21,917 bases of DNA from Paramoeba atlantica. Its lineage: Eukaryota; Protista; Discosea. A model generated the notes under the pieces. That model saw nothing but the letters and a program-made list of their open reading frames with translations, was not told where the DNA came from and made no database searches. The stretch covers positions 1 to 21,917 of the forward strand of contig CDRNVI010000191.1 in NCBI GenBank assembly GCA_977017575.1, written 5' to 3'. Within the stretch, counting starts at the first letter, position 1; every line of letters starts with the position of its first letter. Made by a program: the position numbers and the translations under genes. Positions 1 to 8,675 of this stretch are shown here, one piece after another.

Positions 1-690
1 CTAAACCCTAAACCCTTAAACCTAAACCCTAAACCCTAAACCTAAACCCTAAACCCTAAACCCTAAACCCTAAAACCCTAAACCCTAAACCCTAAACCCT
101 AAACCCTAAACCCTAAACCCTAAACCCTAAACCCTAAACCCTAAACCCTAAACCCTAAACCCTAAACCCTAAACCCTAAACCCTAAACCCTAAACCCTAA
201 ACCCTAAACCCTAAACCCTAAACCCTAAACCCTAAACCCTAAACCCTAAACCCTAAACCCTAAACCCTAAACCCTAAACCCTAAACCCTAAACCCTAAAC
301 CCTAAACCCTAAACCCTAAACCCTAAACCCTAAACCCTAAACCCTAAACCCTAAACCCTAAACCCTAAACCCTAAACCCTAAACCCTAAACCCTAAACCC
401 TAAACCCTAAACCCTAAACCCTAAACCCTAAACCCTAAACCCTAAACCCTAAACCCTAAACCCTAAACCCTAAACCCTAAACCCTAAACCCTAAACCCTA
501 AACCCTAAACCCTAAACCCTAAACCCTAAACCCTAAACCCTAAACCCTAAACCCTAAACCCTAAACCCTAAACCCTAAACCCTAAACCCTAAACCCTAAA
601 CCCTAAACCCTAAACCCTAAACCCTAAACCCTAAACCCTAAACCCTAAACCCTAAACCCTAAACCCTAAACCCTAAACCCTAAACCCTAA
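1..690. repeat. Telomeric repeat array (CCCTAAA)n, i.e. TTTAGGG on the minus strand; left chromosome end
   Basis: About 98 near-perfect CCCTAAA units with the C-rich strand 5' at the window start; a few variant units in the first 80 nt; array stops sharply at 690. Confidence 0.98.
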
Positions 691-913
691 CCACTCCCTG
701 GTTTTAGAAGGCAAACAATCAAACGCAGACCCCTTAGTGAGAACTAAAGTTGGTAAAGAAACTCCAATGCATCCCATGCTGAAGAGATCTTTGGATCTAA
801 CTCTTAATTTATCTTCCCTCCCCCCCCCCTTTCTTCCCCCCTCTTTTCCATCCTAGAGATGGTTTTTTAACTCTAATAAATGGCACCTGGTGTTTGAACC
901 TTAAAAAAAAAAA
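691..913 (+). mobile_element. Putative 3'-end fragment of a polyadenylated retroelement or transcript, capped directly by the telomere
   Basis: Open frame 692-856 ending in TAG with no start codon (cut by the telomere); AATAAA at 875-880; TT then A11 at 903-913. AATAAATGGCA is identical to the signal at 5106 in the neighbouring LINE. Confidence 0.5.
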
Positions 914-930
914 TTCAAAATTTCAAAAAA

Positions 931-1520
931 TTGAGAACCCTTCGGAAGATGGCTGGAAGTTGTCGGCCTCTTTTCATTTTGATTCAAGAATCTCACTCTG
1001 ATTTTGAATGCGACCTCGATCTCATCAGGAACCAATTGAAGAAGTATATCTGGTTGAGAGACAACTCCTTTGGGAAGAGGAGGGGTCTGCTCATTGGAGT
1101 TAGGCAGATGGAGGGGGTGAAAGAGATCTCTCCCTGTTTCTTTGACCAGACCATGAGTGGATTATTTGGTGTCCATGTGACTATTGGATCGACGAACTAT
1201 TCTGTCCTGAATATATACTATCACCTTGACCTCAAAGTAGCCACCATCTCGCAGGAGGCCGCTCGTTTTTTCGGCCAGAACTCTAGGAGCATAAATATCT
1301 TTGGGGGTGATTTCAATTGGGATGTGAAGGAAAAACAGATGGGGGAAATTGAAAAGTGTTGTGCTTCTCTCTGTATGTCATGCTTAAAATGGGATGAACC
1401 CACCCATTATAAAGGGAGGTGTATCGACCATATCTTCTTCTTGTCCAAGGCTCCATTAAAACGTTTGTTTATCAATGCCATCCTGTCCGGCTTTAAAGAT
1501 CATGCACTGCTGATTGGAGG
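931..1520 (+). other. Apurinic-like endonuclease (APE/EEP) domain, N-terminal strand missing
   Basis: Motifs ILIQESH, LNIY, GGDFN, CIDHIF and FKDH (canonical SDH). The expected N-terminal xNxxG motif is absent. Confidence 0.88.
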
Positions 1521-2217
1521 ATCCTCGTTTAAGGAATGGGAGATTCGGGCGAATAAGAAATCCATCCCTGAGTATCTGATTAATGACCATGGGTTCATCA
1601 ACACTCTTATTGAGAGGATGGGTACCTTCTCCGAGGGTGATGATCCCAACGAGTTTTTGACCAGATTTAAGACCACAGCTTGGGAATTAGTTCCCTACTG
1701 GAGAGAAAGAAACACTAAGGCAGCATTGTTTAGAGAACTGTGGAAGATCCACTCTCTTGTAAGATCCCTTTGCAATTCTCGCATTCTTAGGAAATCTACT
1801 GTCCAGAGGCTATACTCTTCCCTTGAAATGGGTTTGTTGGACCAGGCCTCCCTTGGTTGGAAAGGTTCGAAGGAAGGGAAGTCGTGGAGGAGAGGAATAA
1901 TCCCCAGAATGATTTCTGCAGCACTCAAGAAGATTGAATGCATTGAAGGACAGTTGGGGATCTTTATTGACAGTCACCCTGCGAGGCCTAAAGCGAGATC
2001 ATCCCCAAGGGTTAAAGGAATTGTTGTGGATGGGGTCATTTCCAGAGATAATGGTGTGGTCCAGAAAGCAATTAAAGAATTTTGGGGGAATCTATTGGGC
2101 TCAGTGAGGCCATACAACAAGGACTCCCTCCAGAAGCTGATTGAGAACCATAAACCTCGGTTTCCTAAGGTTGATTACCATGTTGTTGATGGGGCCAAGG
2201 TTGATAAACTGCTGTGA

Positions 2218-3120
2218 CGGTGCAATAATTCAAGCGCTGGCCCAGATGGTATCCCCTTTGCTCTCTACAGAGTGACAAGCGAACAGCTGTGTGATATATG
2301 GTGTGAACTTATCCAGAGAGCTGGGGAATCAATGGATTTCTCTGAGTCGTTTGGGGAGAGTCAGCTTGTATTACTACCTAAGATTGAGAATATTCCTCGT
2401 CCTGACCAATTTCGACCAATAAGTATTACCAATTCTGATTATCGGATTGTGATGAGATATTGGGCCAAATGGCTGATGGAGAGTGCCAGAGAGGTGATTT
2501 CCCCGGAACAAAATGCTATATTTGCTGGAAGGTCCATTGATAATGCAGTGGAATCGATACATGATGGGTTTATGGAAGCGGTAGCAGAGGGCAAAGATGT
2601 GACCATCCTCCAAACTGATTTCTGTAAGGCTTATGACTATGTTAACCGTGAAGCTCTTATGGAGTTGCTGATTGGGTTGAATGCTCCACCCCAAGCCCTT
2701 GAAGTTGTATCTAAAGTTCTGCGAGAGTCAGATACATGGCTCCCAACTGTAGGATCGAATGATAAGACACAGAAGGAAGCCATCAAGAGCTGGACTGGTG
2801 TGCGACAAGGCTGCCCCATTTCACCTCTTCTGTTCATTATTCTTTTTGATGTTTTATTGGTTAGTTTGAACAATGGGGGTGACCTTGAGAAGCTTACTGG
2901 GTTCATGGATGATTTAGCCCTTCTCCTTCACAGGGTTCAGTCCATAAATTCCTTGACCTCAACCTTCCAAGAATATGAACAAGGAACCGGGGCCAAACTC
3001 AACTACAACAAATGCTTTGTATTGTCAACTGAAAAATTCGCTCCTGTGGGCCCTTGGGTTGAAATGCCTTCAGCTAATTATTTGGGAGAGGAGACTGTGT
3101 ACTTGGGAGTTACAATTTCT
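2218..3120 (+). other. Non-LTR reverse transcriptase domain
   Basis: Motifs AGPDGIP, FRPISITNSDYRI, PEQNAIF-GRSI-DN, TDFCKAYDYV, GVRQGCPISPLLF, catalytic FMDD at 2902-2913, GAKLNYNKC and YLGVTI. Confidence 0.96.
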
Positions 3121-3756
3121 TGAAAAATGAACCCAACTAAAGATTGAGAAGGGGTGATCAAGAAAATGCAGAAGGTTGGAACAGCAATTAAGCAAAGGAA
3201 AGGCAGCTTCAAGGAGAGAGTCCGGATGATCAATACTTATCTTATTCCTTGTATGGGTTATTTGGCAAGATTCAAGCTTATCTCGAAAGCTGTCTCCTCG
3301 AAGATGTGGAAGGCCATTCGTTCAGCCTTAGGTGCATATGCAAATCTAAAGTCCTGCGTAATGACCTCTCTTCGTCCCCCCTTCTTTGAAAAACCCCAAG
3401 TTAGACACCCTATTCTGTTTAACTGGGCTCTGCTGATATCAAGGAAACCTCTCCAAGATCATTATAGGAATCCATTGTCCATTGGGGCCATGAGGATTGA
3501 TGCTTTGGAAGCTAGTGGTGCTATCTCAGAACAAGTGAGGATGGGCTCCAAAACCAAGAGATCTTTCTCTCTCCTCTCTCGGAACATTTCTGTGAGAGTG
3601 GAGAATTTCTATGTGGGGGATGGGTGCTTGAAATGTGTGATCTATAATTTGTCTCTTCCACAAAGACCCCAGATTAAGCGGAACCTTTTGAAATTCTTTT
3701 TGAGGGGTCTTCCAACTGTGGATAAGATTGCCCATTTTATATCTGTGAGTCCACTT

Positions 3757-3810
3757 TGTTGGCTATGTAGGAAAGCCAAAGAGTCAAGGGTGCACCTCCT
3801 TGAAGAATGT
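3757..3810 (+). other. zf-RVT-type zinc finger
   Basis: CWLCRKAKESRVHLLEEC (C-x2-C-x8-H-x4-C) downstream of the RT, as in L1-type ORF2. Confidence 0.8.
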
Positions 3811-4125
3811 CTGAAAGCTAAGGCAATTTTGAAAACTATTGGGAGGAAATGCTTTATTTTAAAGATTCCTGGGTGGGAGAGTGCCAACTTTGTGTGTGGA
3901 TTTACGAACCAGTATCTAAAGAAGGCTGAAGCATCTGCAGTGAGTGCAGCCCTATTGAGCTTGTGGATCACTGTATGTGCAGAAGGATCAAAGTCCCCAA
4001 GCTTTGCTGTTAAAATTTTTGATGAAATTGCTAAGACAAACAAGATGATCCCCAAACAAACTATAAGAAAGGCTCCCCCCAAAGGTAAAAGAGAAGTGAA
4101 ACAACCAAAGTTCAAGTACCCTGCC

Positions 4126-4500
4126 TTGCAAGTGTTTTATGATGGCTCTGGGCATGTAGACCCTCACATCAGGGGAGCTGGGTATGTGATTATTAAGGAA
4201 GGTTTGGAGGTTGGAGGTGGATTTGAAACAATTCCACTAGGCTCAAATAACTTGGGTGAGTTTTCAGGATGCTTAGCTGGTCTACAACAAGTTATTAGCT
4301 TTGGGCAACACGTAGAGATGGTGGGAGATTGTAAAATTCTGACTGAGGCAGCGCCTAAGACGAAACCAATTGATAACTTTAAGCTCAATGAGATCCTATC
4401 TGAGATCAGAAATATTGCTGAGAGTAAATTTGCCAAAGTGGAGTACACTCATGTGTATCGCGAATTCAACAAGAGGTCAGATGCGATTACAACAGCAGCA
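4126..4500 (+). other. RNase HI domain, archaeal-like type
   Basis: VFYDGSG...GAGYVI, SNNLGEF, MVGDCKI and HVYREFNKRSD; the four catalytic acidic residues (D, E, D, D) are all present. Confidence 0.88.
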
Positions 4501-5105
4501 AGTCACTTTGAAGAGGATGGGATGGAAGCTGTGTTTGATAGGAACTGGGATCCAAGATCGAAACAACTAGCAACAACCAGTGAGGAATGGATTATTGAGA
4601 ATTCCAAGCTGTGGAAGTGGGTGATGGAACCGTTGGATTTGGATTGGAGCTTCCCTGTGAAGAAAGTTCAGTTTAAGAGAAGATTTAAGGACAAGGTGAT
4701 TACAACTAATAATGTTTACTTCCCAGTACAAGCTGCACTGGATGGGGTGATGATTTCTCCTGTGTTCATTTCAGATGATATTGTCAAGTGGTTTCCAGAA
4801 AGAGCTGCACCTGGAGAGATGTTAGAAAGTTTTGTTGAAAAAGAAAACCGGAAATGGAGAGAGGAGTATGAGCAAGCAAGGAACCATTGGTTGAAGAGTG
4901 CAATGAGACCTTCCATTGTAAGGAAGATTATTAGGCCTATTAAGGCTGTTGAGAAGAAAAGAATTTTGAAAGAGATTCGAATGAGAAATAGAAAGAAACA
5001 TTAGAGCTTTTGGCCACTAAGTTGGTGCTGAAGTGGGTTGATCCTACTTGATTATAACAATTTAATTTAAGTGTATTCTTGGGTGTCCAGATTACACTTC
5101 ATTTC

Positions 5106-5152
5106 AATAAATGGCATCTCTGATGTCTAAAATTAAAAAAAAAAAAAAAAAA
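5106..5152 (+). terminator. Polyadenylation signal and encoded poly(A) tail of the LINE
   Basis: AATAAA at 5106-5111 and A18 at 5135-5152. Confidence 0.8.
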
Positions 5153-5456
5153 TCAACTTAGTTCAGTTGGTCTTTATGTTGAACTTTAGAACTTCTGCAA
5201 GTTCAGGCTGGAGAATACACATCAGAAGGGAGAATAATTCAAAGCTCCTTTCAAGGGAATTTATTCTCAACTTTTTAACAAACAAGGCTGAAATGTAACC
5301 TGTTCTGATTTTCACACTTTTTCAAAAGCTCCTCACTCCAATCAAATCACTCTACAGCACCAGAAAAATTTTCTATAATATCAAAAAATTAGGATTTGAA
5401 CTCACCCCCCAGGGTTGGACATAGTTGAATTTATGACTAAACTATGAGCACCAACC
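5153..5456. repeat. Direct repeat copy 1 (about 304 bp; partner 6144-6448): region downstream of the gag-like gene
   Basis: About 92% identity by manual alignment; begins immediately after the LINE poly(A). Confidence 0.93.
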
Positions 5457-6027
5457 TCTCATTTCCATTCTTGTTCAAAGACATCAATAAAGGCAGCAGT
5501 TTCTTCTTGTAACACTGACTTTCTGAATGGCCAGTTTTCTTACAAAATGCACAAGTTGCCTTTTTCTTTAGCATCTTTGCATCCTCCTTCAACAAAACAA
5601 ACTGGTTTGTGTTTTTGACCTCAAAGGCATGGTCTACTAAAACTCTCCAATGAACCTCTTGGTCACACTCAAATGCTTGACCAAAATTCCTCACCCAAAG
5701 TAATTCATATTCTGTGTAAGAATTCTTTCAGAGCTTTAATTTTGCTTCTTTTGAATTCAAATTCAACTGAAGCTCTAATAGAAACCAAGAGAATTACTTT
5801 GCAAATTTCTTTATACATTCTGATTCCTCTTGAACCACTGAATCCAAGAATCCCTCCACCTTCTAACTGAAGTTGGCTCCCAAATTCGATTTTTTCAAAA
5901 ACTTAAACATTTGATTCACTGTCCAATCCAAAGTATCTGATTGTACAAAATCAGACTTCATTGTTTCAGATACTGCCTGCAAAAGAGACTTCTTCTGCAC
6001 CCCTTCTTGCAAACCTTCAGCCTTCAT

Positions 6028-6449
6028 TTTTTTTTTTTTTTTAAGGCAAATTTTATTCAATTAGTAGTTCTTAATTTAAGTCATTTGAATTACATTAAAT
6101 TATATTTGTTTTTAACCTCTAACAAAAGATAAAGTTTTAAACTTCAGCTTAGTTCAGTTAGTCTTTATGCTGAACTTTAGAACTTCTGCAAGTTCAGGCT
6201 GGAGAATGCACATCAAAAGGGAGAATAATTCAAAGCTCCTTTCAAGGGAATTTATCCTCAACTTTTTAGCAGATAGGGCTGAGATGTAACTTGTTCTGAT
6301 TTTCACACTTCTTCAAGAGCTCCTCACTCCAATCAAATCACTCTACAGCACCAGAAAAATTTTCTATAATATCAAAAAACTGGAATTTGAACTTGCCCCC
6401 CTGGGGTTGGACATAGTTGAATTTATGACTAAACTGCAGGCACCAACCC
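6028..6449 (-). mobile_element. 5'-truncated polyadenylated retrocopy (422 bp) flanked by an 18-bp target-site duplication
   Basis: CAAACCTTCAGCCTTCAT at 6010-6027 and 6450-6467; T15 at 6028-6042 (poly(A) on minus); TTTATT at 6052-6057 (AATAAA on minus). Confidence 0.9.
6144..6448. repeat. Direct repeat copy 2 (inside the retrocopy; partner 5153-5456)
   Basis: Manual alignment to copy 1. Confidence 0.93.
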
Positions 6450-8675
6450 CAAACCTTCAGCCTTCATCAAAATCTTAAACAAAAACTGAAACTCAAGGAC
6501 TTTTGCAATGTCCTTCGTTGGGGTTTTTAATTTTGGTAGATTGTCAAGTTTCTTTAACCAATCTCCCAAGCCTGTGAATGATTCAAACAAACCAACTAAA
6601 GGATTAGCTACTCCCCTTGATATTTTGGCTCATCTCCTTGAATCACTTCCACTCAAGGAAGAACAATCTGACACAGACTGCTCCCTCTTCATCACATAAT
6701 AATTTGATTCTGACTCAGTTGAAGAAGTGGCTTCCTTCTCTTCCAACTTTGTCATTCTTCTTCCAGGAATTTTCAAATTCCCTAGAACACCTGAAAGTCC
6801 TACTTGACTTCTTATGTCTGAATACTCAGGTTCTGATGTCTTGAATTTTGTCTCACAAGCCAATGTTTGTTTCAAGAGCTTCAATGTAACTTGGATTATA
6901 GAAATTTGCTTCTGCAAACTTGCAATGGCCTCTTCATGAAACTCACCCTCATTTAAAGTGAGATTAATCATCTGATCCATTAATGTGAGTTTAAGTTTCC
7001 TCAGTTTGTCATAACACTGGACAACTTTAAACTCCAGTGACCCTGACAAGACTGATAATGACAACTCAGATGATGACATCTGTTCAATTTCACTTTCTGC
7101 ATCTTGATCCTCTTGTTCCAAACTAAGGGGTGTCTCATGGGCCTCCTCCTTTGCTGACTCCATAGAGAAAAAGTTTTCCAAAAAAAAATGGATTTACAAC
7201 TGATTAAACTTGATGCACACAAGGAAAAGACCAAAAAAAAGTTGAGTCCTCTACAGAATAGTATGGAAATAGAGACAAGAACAGAGAACAAGAACAAAGA
7301 ACAAAGAAAGAACAAGCTTGGTTCAATGTCTTTTATCAAATGTGTTCCAAAAGCCAAAAAGAACAAAAGAAAGTTTACACTCTTTTGACCACAAATGGGT
7401 CCAAAGAACAAAACCTCTTTTGTACAAAAAAGGGCAACAAATAATTTACAATTATTTACAATCAAAAAACACACACAAAACAGTTCAGTGTTTCCACTCA
7501 CCAACAAAATGATAAAGTCAACAAAACCAACTATAACAACCCAACACAATCCATTTTGGTCATTTAGACAATTTATTCTTCTGTTGGCCAAATCCCAAAC
7601 CTTTGGCTAGTATTCTTGGCCTGCTTCAGCAAATCACTTTGATGGGAACCATTTGATAACATCAGCCCACAATGCATTCCTCTCACATCTTTTCACATTT
7701 TCTCACTTTCTTGCAATTTGCATAAACTAGTTTTCCCACACAGACAAACTTTAAGTTTTTACATGGTTGTGTTCTCTCCCAAGAAATTTTTTTGTCCCAA
7801 AGTGGATGATGTCATCAGAAAGTTTCTCACTTTTCATAAGACTTCTGAGAACTGCTTTTCAGTTGTTCATTCAATATATTTCTAACATGTCTTCTTTAGT
7901 TTGTACCAAAGTAAATGTGTTCATGGTGTTTTGTGTTTTTTTTAACATTTTCCTTATTTTTTTTTAATTTTTTTTTGTTTTATTTTTGGCTGAAGTTGAA
8001 TAATATTTGAGTGGAAGTGAATGTATTCTTATATTATTTTTTATTCTTTTTTTGGTTTTTGTAGGAATGAATGATAAAAGCAGCTCATCAATAAAAAAAG
8101 AAAATTTAAATTTTGACAATTTGAGAAACATTCATTTCAAATTTCCTCTCTGATATGTCTAGCACTCATTTTTAGCTTGAAAATTTCCTTATTTGCTAGT
8201 AAAAAGAAATTCAAAGAAACTTGTTTTGGATATCTAAAAAAAAAAGAAGAAAAAAGAAAAAGAAAAAAAGAAAAAAAAAAGAACTTTATTTCACTCTCTT
8301 TTCCAGCTCTTGAAATTGAGCCCAAAGAAAAAATTGGTATGAAAAATCTTCTTCTTTTTTTTCTAAATCAAATTGTAATTCCATTTTTTTCTTTCTTTTT
8401 TCTTTTTCTTTTTTTCTTACTTTTCTTTTGTTTCTTGGTTTTTTTCTTTTTTTCTTTTTTTTTAAAAAAAATCTATTTCTTTTTAGTTATTGGAAAAAAA
8501 ATTCAAAAAATAAGAATTTGAAGAAAATTCAATGAAAATCTTCTTTGAATTATTATTACTTCATCAAACTTTTCCATTTTTCAAAGTTTGTCACATTTTT
8601 ATTTTTATTTTAAAATTTGAGTGAGTTTTTTTTTTGAAAAGGATTTATGATGTGAAGGATCCATCTTCTTCTTTT

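Larger units (their letters stand above)
931..5004 (+). pseudogene. LINE ORF2 polyprotein (about 1357 codons) interrupted by three in-frame TGA codons and no frameshift
   Basis: ORFs 931-2217, 2272-3123 and 3154-5004 share one frame. TGA at 2215, 3121 and 3145. The gaps translate as RCNNSSAGPDGIPFALYR (LINE GPDG motif) and KMNPTKD*EG. Confidence 0.9.
914..5152 (+). mobile_element. 5'-truncated non-LTR retrotransposon, L1/Tx1-like, with RNase H
   Basis: APE, RT, zinc finger and RNase H domains in one frame; stop TAG at 5002-5004; 3' UTR; AATAAA at 5106-5111; A18 tail at 5135-5152. No ORF1 and no TSD found. Confidence 0.93.
5437..7163 (-). pseudogene. Gag-like CCHC zinc-knuckle protein pseudogene (about 430 codons after removing the insertion)
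   Basis: Removing 6028-6449 and one TSD copy fuses ORFs 6630-7181, 5863-6060 and 5437-5694 into one frame with four internal stops (TGA 6630, TAG 5863, TAA 5794, TGA 5728). CAFCKKTGHSESQC (CX2CX4HX4C) lies at 5512-5553. Confidence 0.75.

Noticed and set aside
880-930. ATG at 880 as the true ORF2 start, reading through TGA 895
   Set aside because: The stretch lacks the APE xNxxG motif and matches the AATAAATGGCA...TT(A)n 3'-end pattern seen at 5106. It is not fully excluded.
914-5152. TRAS/SART-type insertion within telomere repeats
   Set aside because: No telomeric repeats occur on the proximal side of the element.
5153-5436. A second ORF downstream of gag (…FDWSEELLKKCEN…)
   Set aside because: It has multiple stops in both copies, and in that frame nonsynonymous differences outnumber synonymous ones.
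5153-6448. The 304-bp direct repeats as LTRs of a small LTR element
   Set aside because: There are no TG...CA termini or PBS. The second copy lies inside a poly(A)/TSD-bounded retrocopy, which explains the duplication.
7510-7924. Protein-like minus-strand frame (MNTFTLVQ...WADVIKWFP...) upstream of the gag-like gene
   Set aside because: Seven stops in 111 codons is about what random sequence of this AT content gives, and no motif was recognised.
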